From NCBI GenBank assembly GCA_963769025.1, contig CAVYKI010000009.1:64001-128000 (forward strand): a stretch of 64,000 nucleotides of DNA, written 5' to 3'. This document shows, in pieces, positions 18,383 through 26,652 of the stretch. Below the pieces are notes generated by a model, which saw nothing but the letters and a program-made list of their open reading frames with translations, had not been told where the DNA came from and did no database searches. The position numbers and the translations under genes are program-made. The DNA is from an uncultured Verrucomicrobiae bacterium. Lineage in GTDB: Bacteria > Verrucomicrobiota > Verrucomicrobiia > Chthoniobacterales > Chthoniobacteraceae. Position 1 is the first letter of the stretch, and the number at the start of each line of letters is the position of its first letter.

Positions 18383-19159
18383 ATGGGTGGATTCGTCGCG
18401 AGTGGCGCGTGGATTTGCCACACGGGCAGGGTTCGCAAGGTCAACGAGGATGCGTGTCTGTTTGGCGGGCCATTCGGCGGGGCGAGCACCTCGGCGCCGT
18501 TACGGGCAACACTGAAGAAGCCCCACTGGATTGTCGCGCTTGCCGATGGCATTGGAGGTCACCGTGCGGGCGCGTATGCGAGCCGTGAAGTGCTTGCCGC
18601 GCTCGATCGCGCAAAGGACTTCACCAAAAGCGAGGTCGGTGAATTGTTGCAGGACACAAACCGGAAACTGCACGAGGTGGGACGCGCGAAGCCCGACTTC
18701 GAAGGCACCGGGACGGCGGTCGTCGGCCTGGCATCGGGCCCGGACGGGTTGTTTGGATTCAATGTGGGCGACGCACGGCTCTACCGAATGCAGGGCGGGC
18801 ATCTCGTTCAGGTTTCGCGCGACGACTCGGTCGAGCAATTGCTCATCCACGAGGGCTTGCTGGAGGCCAGCGACGGCGTGCGCTCAAACTACATGCACGC
18901 GCTGACCCAGAGCGTCGGCGGTTCGGCGGACTACCATCTGATCGACCCGCATTTCTACGCGCTGTCCGTGAAAGGCTCCACGCGGCTCCTGCTTTGCACC
19001 GACGGGCTCACCGACATGCTCTCGAACAAGCGGATCGAGTCCTACATTGGCCCCCATCTGAAAGCCGCCGCCGTCGTCCAGTCGCTCTTCTCCGCCGCGA
19101 TGGAGGCTGGCGGGCGAGACAACATCACGATCGCCATCGTGGATGTGGAGAAGGCCTGA
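18383..19159 (+). CDS. PP2C/PPM-family Ser/Thr protein phosphatase
   Basis: GRVRKVNEDA, ALADGIGGH, NVGDARLY, LLCTDGLTD, GGRDNIT. Confidence 0.93.
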   Translation: MGGFVASGAWICHTGRVRKVNEDACLFGGPFGGASTSAPLRATLKKPHWIVALADGIGGHRAGAYASREVLAALDRAKDFTKSEVGELLQDTNRKLHEVGRAKPDFEGTGTAVVGLASGPDGLFGFNVGDARLYRMQGGHLVQVSRDDSVEQLLIHEGLLEASDGVRSNYMHALTQSVGGSADYHLIDPHFYALSVKGSTRLLLCTDGLTDMLSNKRIESYIGPHLKAAAVVQSLFSAAMEAGGRDNITIAIVDVEKA

Positions 19160-19209
19160 TTTCGCATCGGGGAATCTGAGGGAAGCGACACACCGCTGCG
19201 GCCCTCCCC

Positions 19210-19251
19210 AAAAAGACTGTGGCCCCCCGGATCTTTCGACCCGAGGGGCCC
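19210..19251 (-). terminator. Intrinsic terminator of the minus-strand gene ending at 19278
   Basis: Minus strand reads GGCCCCUCGGGUC-GAAA-GAUCCGGGGGGCC followed by ACAGUCUUUUU. Confidence 0.7.
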
Positions 19252-19277
19252 AGTAGCCCAACCAAATTGTGTTGCCC

Positions 19278-19859
19278 CTAGTTGCGGCCGTTCGAGGCGA
19301 CCGGCGACTTGCGCTTGCTGGCGACCTCTGCGATGCCCACCTGGGTCGCCGCATGGCGGAAAGTGCTGCCTTTGCCGTAGCTGTAGAGCGGGATGTAGCG
19401 GTTCGCAGGGAGTTCGTCCGCGGGGATTGGCGCGCGTTTCAGAGTGCAGTCCAAGAGCCACCAGCGGCCTTCGTTCTTCCACATCACCCACGCGTGGCTG
19501 ATCCGCATGCCCGGCTCTGTTTTGCCGATGACGAAGCGCACGTCGCTGTCGCCGAGTTTGCTGCACAGCCAGAGGGCCTTGTCCTTGCAATCCCCGGAGC
19601 GCTTCGCCGCGGTCGTCGCCGGCATGGCGGCGACATACGGGTTCACCATCCGGTAATGGAAATTGCGACCTTCGATCATGAGCTTCCTGACTTGGTCCAT
19701 GCTCGGCTTTTGCTGCCCGAGACGGGCGAGCACCGTGGTGACGGGAGTCATGTAGCGGTCGTAAGGCGTGTAGTCGGACGGCGTGCCAGTGTCGAAGGCA
19801 GCGAAGGTGCTAAGTTTTGCACCGAGAAGGAGGGTGAGAGCGAGAGTGAAGGTTTTCAT
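19278..19859 (-). CDS. Secreted transglutaminase-like / cysteine-protease-fold protein
   Basis: Signal peptide; putative Cys-His-Asp triad GDCKDKA...SHAWV...WWLLD. Confidence 0.75.
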   Translation of the reverse strand: MKTFTLALTLLLGAKLSTFAAFDTGTPSDYTPYDRYMTPVTTVLARLGQQKPSMDQVRKLMIEGRNFHYRMVNPYVAAMPATTAAKRSGDCKDKALWLCSKLGDSDVRFVIGKTEPGMRISHAWVMWKNEGRWWLLDCTLKRAPIPADELPANRYIPLYSYGKGSTFRHAATQVGIAEVASKRKSPVASNGRN

Positions 19860-19891
19860 GGCTATAGAAACTAGAACTACCAGGATGAGTA

Positions 19892-19908
19892 AGCCGGAGC
19901 CGTGCCAA
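19892..19908 (-). promoter_or_regulatory. Putative sigma54 (-24/-12) promoter
   Basis: Minus strand TTGGCACGGCTCCGGCT has GG-N10-GC spacing, ~33 nt upstream of the ATG at 19859, with an AT-richer region further upstream. Confidence 0.5.
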
Positions 19909-20244
19909 CCGGGATGTGGAAACAACACAAGCCATAATAACCATATCCTTGTAGCGGTGACGCCAGCCCCTCAAATAGCGACAATGCAGTTCATATCGCA
20001 CATAGGGCGAGCGCCTTACGGAGATATGCAGACATCGGCCCCCCTGTGTCGGCGCAAACCTCGCGGTCCCGGCGGGTCGCGATTTCTCCATCCCCGTGAA
20101 TGTCGCCCGGTCCGATTACGAGCCCCCACAATACGAGGCTCTCTCAAAGTTGCAGCACACCGGCACCCCTGAATGGCGTCCCGAGCGCCCAGTGTCTATC
20201 TCCCGCCCCCGCCTCCCACTGAACAACCTATTGGAACGTCACCC

Positions 20245-21549
20245 CTAGAGCATATTTGCCGGCTGGCTCGTGCTTTCGAGCACGGCCCTCCACAGTTCGC
20301 CGTGCGGATCCACCTTGTGCCTTCCTACCGTCGTCACAAACGGGATTGGCACGTGCACGTAGGCACCGTGCCACCGCCCGACGAGCATGCCGGTCTTGCC
20401 GGCCATTCCGGCGTGAACCGCGTGCTGGGCGAGGTGTTGGCAGAAGAAGTTGTCCTGGGCATTCGCCGGCACGCTGCGGATGGCGTAGCTCGGGTCGATG
20501 TATTTGAGCGTGAGATCGATTCTCCGCTCCTTGAAAAAGCCGGTGATCTTGTCCCGCAGGAAAATGCCGATGTCCTTCGGCCGCTTGTTTCCGCTGGCGT
20601 CGATTTCCTCGTAGCCCTCCATCAGTTCCTGTCCGGCGCCCTCGGCGACGACGATCACGGCGCTTTGCTTCCGCGCAACCCTGTAACGGAGCGCCTCGAG
20701 CAGGCCGCGCTCCCCATCGAGCTTGAAGTGAACCTCGGGGATGAGGACGAAATCCACGTTCCCGTCGGCGAGGGCCGCGTAGCATGAGATGAAACCCGAG
20801 TCGCGGCCCATCAGTTTCACGAGCCCGATGCCGTTCGGCGCGCCGAGCGCCTCCGCCTGCGCCGAGCGCACGACCTTCACCGCTTCCGCGAATGCGCTCT
20901 CGAAGCCGAACGATTTGTCGAGAAACTGAATGTCGTTATCGATCGTCTTCGGGATCCCGATGATCGCCTTCTTCAGCCCGCGCCGCTCGGTTTCATCCGC
21001 GATCGCCTGCGCGCCTTTGAGCGTGCCGTCGCCGCCGATGACGAACAGAATGTCCACGCCCATCTCCTCCAGCGTGTCCACCATTTCGTTCACGGGCTGG
21101 CTGCCGCGCGAACTTCCGAGGATGCTGCCGCCGAGCAGGTGAATTTGCTTCACGGACTCCGGCTTGAACGTGATCGGAGTCTGGCCCCTGCTCTGCACCA
21201 GCCCTTGGTATCCGTAGCGGAATCCATAAATCTTCGTGACCCCGTACCGCGTCCATAGCTGCGTCACCAATCCCTTGATGATGTCGTTCAGCCCCGGGCA
21301 AAGCCCGCCGCACGTGACGATGCCCGCCGTGGTGCGCATGGGCTCAAAAAAGACTTTCGCGCGAGGTCCCGCCACTTCGAACGTCCGCACGCGCTCCTCC
21401 TGCGGGTTGATGGGCGGCGCGTTGATGTTCACGCGGTGGTCGAGCAGCACCCGTTCGTCGTCCGTCCGGAATTTCACCTCGATGCTGCTCGATTTTTGAA
21501 GAGGTGAACTATATTCGCACGGCCCCAAATTCTTGATCCTCGTTTGCAT
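20245..21549 (-). CDS. pfkA: ATP-dependent 6-phosphofructokinase (group X / long type)
   Basis: VTCGGLCPGLN, GGSILGSSRG, IGGDGT (Gly indicates ATP specificity), PKTIDND, KLMGRDSGF, KYIDPSYAIRS. Start could be 21573. Confidence 0.92.
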   Translation of the reverse strand: MQTRIKNLGPCEYSSPLQKSSSIEVKFRTDDERVLLDHRVNINAPPINPQEERVRTFEVAGPRAKVFFEPMRTTAGIVTCGGLCPGLNDIIKGLVTQLWTRYGVTKIYGFRYGYQGLVQSRGQTPITFKPESVKQIHLLGGSILGSSRGSQPVNEMVDTLEEMGVDILFVIGGDGTLKGAQAIADETERRGLKKAIIGIPKTIDNDIQFLDKSFGFESAFAEAVKVVRSAQAEALGAPNGIGLVKLMGRDSGFISCYAALADGNVDFVLIPEVHFKLDGERGLLEALRYRVARKQSAVIVVAEGAGQELMEGYEEIDASGNKRPKDIGIFLRDKITGFFKERRIDLTLKYIDPSYAIRSVPANAQDNFFCQHLAQHAVHAGMAGKTGMLVGRWHGAYVHVPIPFVTTVGRHKVDPHGELWRAVLESTSQPANML

Positions 21550-21684
21550 TGGGGGAAGTTGGTGTGCAGACATGCGTCCGGTGGCGCAAGTGAATTCTCC
21601 TCGCGCTCCTTCCTGATGCACGAGGTCCGGGACGAATCCGGCATCCGAACCGGGTGGCATGGGCGATGCTAAAGTACGAGCACC

Positions 21685-22182
21685 ATGCTGACGCTGAGCA
21701 ACACCACCAAGCAGCACCCCGAGGCAACCTCCCGGGCGCTGCAGGCTGCGGAGGGTTACGTTTTTTTCAGCCTCTATCGCGAAGCGCTCGAAGAACTCGA
21801 TTCCATTCCGGCTTTTGAGCAGGACGACTGCGATGTGATGATCGCCCGAATCCGCATCCTCCTGCATCTCCACCGGTGGAGAAAAGCCGCGAGACTCTCC
21901 GCACGCGGCGCGGCGCTTCATCATACCGAGGATGAATTCACCGTGCAGCGAGCTTTCGCGCTGCATCAGATGAATCTCGGCGAGGCTGCCGCGCGCGTCC
22001 TTCTCGATGCGCCGGAGTGGATTCGCCGGACGGGCATCCTCCACTACAATCTCGCCTGCTACGAGGCGCGCTGGGGAAATCTGACCGTCGCGCGGCAGTG
22101 CGTGCAGGCGGCGATCGAGATCAACGCTTCGATCAAGAAAAACGCCCGGCAGGATCCCGATCTCGCCGAGCTTTGGAACTGA
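21685..22182 (+). CDS. Short TPR-like protein
   Basis: Helical repeats; LQAAEGY...EALEELD, QRAFALHQM, HYNLACYEAR, ARQDPDLAELW. Confidence 0.75.
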   Translation: MLTLSNTTKQHPEATSRALQAAEGYVFFSLYREALEELDSIPAFEQDDCDVMIARIRILLHLHRWRKAARLSARGAALHHTEDEFTVQRAFALHQMNLGEAAARVLLDAPEWIRRTGILHYNLACYEARWGNLTVARQCVQAAIEINASIKKNARQDPDLAELWN

Positions 22183-22197
22183 ACCGCGCGGGCGGTA

Positions 22198-23083
22198 TCA
22201 GGCCTTCGGCGCGACGTGCCGGATGATGTATTCGCGGACGGCCTCACGCCAATCGCGTGGGTGTTGTCCGGTGAGCCGCGTGAGCTTTTCCGTGGACATC
22301 GCGGTGTTCGGCGGGCGCTTTGCGATGAACGCCTTCAGGTCCGCCATCTTCAGCGGCCCGACCGTGCGTGCCTTCAGCGACATCCCGGCCTCGGCCGCGC
22401 AGTCCAGCGCATACTGGCCGTACTCCTGCCAGGTGCATTGGCCGCCATTGCAGAGGTGAATGACTCCGCCGGCGGGTACATCGAAAAGAAGCGGTCGTAG
22501 CAGTTGCGCGGCGTCGAGCGTGTAAGTGGGGACGGCGATCTTGTCGGCGATCGCCTCGACCTTCTCCTCGGTCTGCGCCCGTTTCACGATGCCATCCACA
22601 AAGCTCGGCCGGTCCGGGCCGACGACCCACGACACGCGGACGGCGAGATTGCTCCCGGAGACGTCGAGCAGCGCGAGTTCGCCCGCGCGTTTCGATGCTC
22701 CGTAACTGGCTGATGGGAATGACTTCGTCATCCTCCGTGTACGGCGTGCTCGTCGCGCCATCGAAGACATAATCGGTGCTGATGTGCACGCAGCGCGCGC
22801 CCTTCGCCTTGCAGATCTCCGCGAGCGTCCGCACGGCGTGCGCATTGATCTGCATCGCCTCGTCGCGTTCCGTCTCGCAACGATCCACGTTCGTCTGCGC
22901 GGCGCAATTCACCAGCACGCCAAACTCCACCGCGTCGAGCGTCCGGCGCATCTGCTCCGGCTGTGCGAGATCGAGTTCCTGCCTGGAAAATCCCACGACA
23001 TCGAGCCCCGCCGCCTTCCATTCGCGCACGAGCGCAGCCCCGAGCCGGCCACCGGCTCCAGTCACAACGATTCGCTGGCTCAC
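22198..23083 (-). CDS. rmlD: dTDP-4-dehydrorhamnose reductase (one apparent frameshift at ~22708)
   Basis: VTGAGGRLG, NCAAQTNVDRCE and HISTDYVFDG in one frame; YGASK, PTY and KRP in the next. GTG start overlaps the rmlB stop. Confidence 0.9.
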
Positions 23084-24060
23084 GACTTTTTCCTCAGCGG
23101 TTCCCACCACGCGCGGTTCGCGACATACCATGCGACGGTCTCACGGATTCCCTGCGCCGGGCGGTGTTTCGGCGTCCAGCCGAGTTCCGCCTGTGTCTTG
23201 CTCGAATCGATCGCATACCGCCGGTCATGCCCGAGCCGGTCGGCGACGTATTTGATGAGCGAGTCCGGCTTCTTCAGCTCGCTGAGAATCATCTTCACCA
23301 CCTCGATGTTCGTCAGTTCACCGTCTCCGCCGATGTTGTAAACCTCACCCGCGCGTCCCTTCTCCAGCACGGCCAGCGCGGCTTCGTTGTGGTCATGCAC
23401 GTGGATCCAGTCGCGCACGTTCAGGCCGTCGCCATAGACGGGCAGTGGGATGTCCGCGAGCGCGTTCGTGATCATCAGCGGGATGAGCTTCTCGGGAAAT
23501 TGATACGGCCCGTAGTTGTTCGAGCAGCGCGTCACGAGCACCTCCTGCTTGAACGTGTGGAAGTGCGCCAGCGCGAGAAGGTCCGCGCTAGTCTTGCTCG
23601 CCGAGTACGGCGAACTGGGCTGCAGCGGCGAATGCTCCGTGAAGCGCCCGGTCGGCCCGAGCGAGCCGTACACCTCATCCGTGCCGATCTGCAAAAAGCG
23701 CGCGACCTTGAAGCGCCGTGCCGCGTCGAGCATCACCGCCGTGCCGACGACATTCGTCTGGATGAATGCCATCGGCCCGCTGATGGAGCGATCCACGTGC
23801 GACTCCGCGGCAAAGTTCACCACGGCGTCAAATTTTCCCTGCTCGAAAATCCGATCGATGGCCGGCGCATCCGCGATATCCGCCTTGTGGAAAACGTAGC
23901 GGTTGCCCGCCTGCGGGGCGACATCCGCGAGGTTCGCCGGGTTTCCGGCATAGGTCAGTGCATCCACATTGTGGATGGTCCAGTCCGGACGCGCCGAGAG
24001 CAGGAGCCGCACAAAATTGCTGCCGATGAAGCCGCAGCCGCCGGTGACGAGAATTCGCAT
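23080..24060 (-). CDS. rmlB: dTDP-glucose 4,6-dehydratase
   Basis: VTGGCGFIGSNF, DALTYAGN, FAAESHVDRSI, TDEVYG, PYSASK, SNNYGPYQFPEKLIP, DRLGHDRRYAID. Confidence 0.96.
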   Translation of the reverse strand: MRILVTGGCGFIGSNFVRLLLSARPDWTIHNVDALTYAGNPANLADVAPQAGNRYVFHKADIADAPAIDRIFEQGKFDAVVNFAAESHVDRSISGPMAFIQTNVVGTAVMLDAARRFKVARFLQIGTDEVYGSLGPTGRFTEHSPLQPSSPYSASKTSADLLALAHFHTFKQEVLVTRCSNNYGPYQFPEKLIPLMITNALADIPLPVYGDGLNVRDWIHVHDHNEAALAVLEKGRAGEVYNIGGDGELTNIEVVKMILSELKKPDSLIKYVADRLGHDRRYAIDSSKTQAELGWTPKHRPAQGIRETVAWYVANRAWWEPLRKKS

Positions 24061-24114
24061 GGGGTTGCGTTGCTATCAGAGCCGCGTCGGGGTGCGCAAA
24101 GAAATCTTCGTCTC

Positions 24115-24669
24115 CTAAAACTTCGGCACCTTCGGCGCGTTCGCCGCGGGTTTGTCCTTCGCCGCTTTTGCGAGCTTCTTCGCGAGATCCTGTGCATCGC
24201 GCGACTCGAATTTGATCACCAGCCCGAGGGCGAGTTCCGCGGCTGCGTGGTCGCTGCGCTTCCATTTGCGGACGTTGAACGCTCCCTTGAGTGCCTTCTC
24301 GAGCTCGCCAGCCGCTCCCGGCTGCGTCGTCGCCTTTTCTTCCCTCCACGAAAATTTCCCTTTCTCAGCATCGAGGATCGCCGCCATCTCCGCCGCCTCG
24401 ATTTTCTGCGGCACCCCGTCCTGCGGGATGTGCACATACTCGATCCGCACGCACACGCCGCCCACGAACGCCGCACGCACGCGCCAGCCTTGGAAACTGT
24501 AGGCCTTTTCCACCGCGCCCGGCATCAGCGGTTTGTCATTTGCTCCGATCAACTCGTCGTTCGGCTGCCCGTAGCGCTGCTGCGACACGCCCTCCGTCTC
24601 CCCAAGTCGCGCATGGGCGGCCGGCATGGCGACGAAAATGAGGATTTGGAGAATGAGGAGAATCTTCAT
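24115..24669 (-). CDS. Secreted hypothetical protein
   Basis: Signal peptide ending AHA, then RLGETEGVSQQRYG; Lys/Ala-rich C-terminus; good coding pattern. Confidence 0.7.
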   Translation of the reverse strand: MKILLILQILIFVAMPAAHARLGETEGVSQQRYGQPNDELIGANDKPLMPGAVEKAYSFQGWRVRAAFVGGVCVRIEYVHIPQDGVPQKIEAAEMAAILDAEKGKFSWREEKATTQPGAAGELEKALKGAFNVRKWKRSDHAAAELALGLVIKFESRDAQDLAKKLAKAAKDKPAANAPKVPKF

Positions 24670-24780
24670 GGCGCAGGTTGCACTTTGGACGCACGCACGC
24701 ACGCCGAAGTTACAACATGGCCATCTGGAACCCGGCACGTCCGTGTTGCGTCCCAGATCCGCCCCGCTATCTTCGCGGCC

Positions 24781-25521
24781 ATGCTACGCACATCCAATCC
24801 GACATTGTCTCCCAGCACCTTCAACGAGTCCGTGGCGACCGGTGACCAGCGCATGACGATCCAGGGCGCCGTGAACAAGACGGGCATCCTGCTCGCCCTC
24901 GCGATTCTTTCCGCGGCTTTCACCTGGAACCGCTTTTCCGACAATCCCGCAGCCGCGATGCCGCTCGTGACGATCGGTGCAATCGGCGGCCTCATTGTCG
25001 CGCTGGTGACGGTTTTCAAAAAGGAATGGTCCCCGGTGACCGCGCCGATCTACGCGCTCCTCGAAGGCCTCGTGCTCGGCGGCATCTCCGCGCTGTTCAA
25101 CAGCCAGTCGAACGGGATCGTGCTCCAGGCTGCGATGCTCACGTTCGGCACGCTCTTCACGATGCTCGCCGCGTATCGCAGCGGGTGGATTCGCGCCACG
25201 GAGAAGTTTAAGACCGGCGTCATCGCTGCGACAGGCGGCATCTTGCTCCTGTATGTCGTCTCGTGGATTCTCGGAATGTTCGGCGTGAACCTTTCCTTCA
25301 TGCATGGCGGCGGAATGCTGAGCATCGGCATCAGCGTCTTCGTCGTGGTCATCGCCGCGCTGAACCTTGTGCTCGACTTCGACGTGATCGAGCAGGGCGC
25401 TAAACTCGGCGCCCCGAAATATCTCGAATGGTACGCCGGCTTCGGCCTGCTGGTGACGCTGATCTGGCTCTACCTCGAAATCCTCCGCCTCCTCATGAAG
25501 CTCAACTCGCGCCGCAACTAG
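24781..25521 (+). CDS. Bax inhibitor-1 / YccA-like membrane protein
   Basis: RTSNP start, MTIQGAVNKT, YALLEG, NLVLDFDVIE, EWYAGFGLLVTLIWLYLEILRLL; about 7 TMs. Confidence 0.9.
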   Translation: MLRTSNPTLSPSTFNESVATGDQRMTIQGAVNKTGILLALAILSAAFTWNRFSDNPAAAMPLVTIGAIGGLIVALVTVFKKEWSPVTAPIYALLEGLVLGGISALFNSQSNGIVLQAAMLTFGTLFTMLAAYRSGWIRATEKFKTGVIAATGGILLLYVVSWILGMFGVNLSFMHGGGMLSIGISVFVVVIAALNLVLDFDVIEQGAKLGAPKYLEWYAGFGLLVTLIWLYLEILRLLMKLNSRRN

Positions 25522-25564
25522 GCGTCGGGGAGCGTTCGCTCCAAAATTCCAAACGGCGTGCGTC

Positions 25565-26374
25565 ATGCGTCTCCCGGTCATCCACGGTCTGATTCGTCGC
25601 CGGTTGCTCGTTAATTTCCGCGTGAATGCGGAGGTCATGAAGCGTTTTTTGCCCGCGCCTTTCCGCCCGAAACTGCATGGCGGCTACGCCATCGCCGGCA
25701 TCTGTCTCATCCGGTTGGAGCAGATTCGACCCGGATGGCTGCCGCGCTTCTGCGGTGTCTCCAGCGAGAATGCCGCCCATCGTATCGCGGTCCGATGGGA
25801 CGCTCCTTCCGGCGAGCCGCGCGAAGGCGTGTTCATCCCGCGCCGCGATACCGGCTCGTGGCTCAATCATTTCGCCGGTGGACGGATCTTCCCCGGCGAG
25901 CATCACTTCGCTGACTTCGCCGTCACCGACGAGGGCTCGCGCGTTTCCATGTCCATCCGTGCTCGCGATGGAAAAATGGCGGTCCAGCTTCGCGCGCACG
26001 CCAGCGATTCATTGCCGCAAACTTCCTGCTTCGGTTCGCTGGCCGAATCATCCGCCTACTTCGAGGGCGGCAGCGTGGGCTACTCTGCCACCCGCGATTG
26101 CTGCCGGCTCGATGGCATCCGCCTTCAGACCGACGCCTGGCAGGTGCGACCGCTGGCAGTCGAGCACATCGAGTCTTCCTTCTTTGCCGACCGCTCGAAA
26201 TTCCCCGAGGGCAGCGTCACTTTCGACCACGCCCTCGTCATGCGGGACATCAGCCACCAGTGGCATGCCGAAGAGGACATTTTCACAAGTGGAACGCCCG
26301 CTGAGCCGGCGCACTATCGCCGGTCCGGCGCATCCAGTTCGCCGCCCGAAAGCTCCTCGAATTCCTCGAAGTGA
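25565..26374 (+). CDS. DUF2071 / acetoacetate-decarboxylase-fold hypothetical protein
   Basis: RRLLVNFRV...LPAPFRP, AGICLIRL, ENAAHRIAV, EGVFIPRRDT. Confidence 0.65.
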   Translation: MRLPVIHGLIRRRLLVNFRVNAEVMKRFLPAPFRPKLHGGYAIAGICLIRLEQIRPGWLPRFCGVSSENAAHRIAVRWDAPSGEPREGVFIPRRDTGSWLNHFAGGRIFPGEHHFADFAVTDEGSRVSMSIRARDGKMAVQLRAHASDSLPQTSCFGSLAESSAYFEGGSVGYSATRDCCRLDGIRLQTDAWQVRPLAVEHIESSFFADRSKFPEGSVTFDHALVMRDISHQWHAEEDIFTSGTPAEPAHYRRSGASSSPPESSSNSSK

Positions 26375-26535
26375 TCCGGGCGCAGCGGCTCGCTGATCCG
26401 GTAGTCCTCGCCCAGCCATTTGCCGAGGTCGATCAGCTTGCAGCGATCCGAGCAAAAAAATCCGATCGGCGCTGCGTCGAAGTCCACCGTCTTCCCGCAG
26501 ACGGGGCATTTCAGCGCGGGTTTCTTTTCAAGCAT
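26314..26535 (-). CDS. yacG: DNA gyrase inhibitor YacG
   Basis: CPVCGK...FCSDRCKLIDLGKWLGEDYRI with an acidic tail. Confidence 0.92.
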   Translation of the reverse strand: MLEKKPALKCPVCGKTVDFDAAPIGFFCSDRCKLIDLGKWLGEDYRISEPLRPDHFEEFEELSGGELDAPDRR

Positions 26536-26652
26536 CCGCGAAGATGGAATGGCGGGCGGCGAATGTCGAACGCTCGGTGCGGAGGCGTAATTTCCAGTAG
26601 CCGCCGACGGGAGGATGCGGGTTGACCCTTGGTTTTGCGCCCCGCGGCCCGT

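Noticed and set aside
22963..24780. Long N-terminal extension of the Bax inhibitor-1 ORF (852 aa as listed)
   Set aside because: The extension is antisense to rmlB and another gene; the family-typical start is at 24781.
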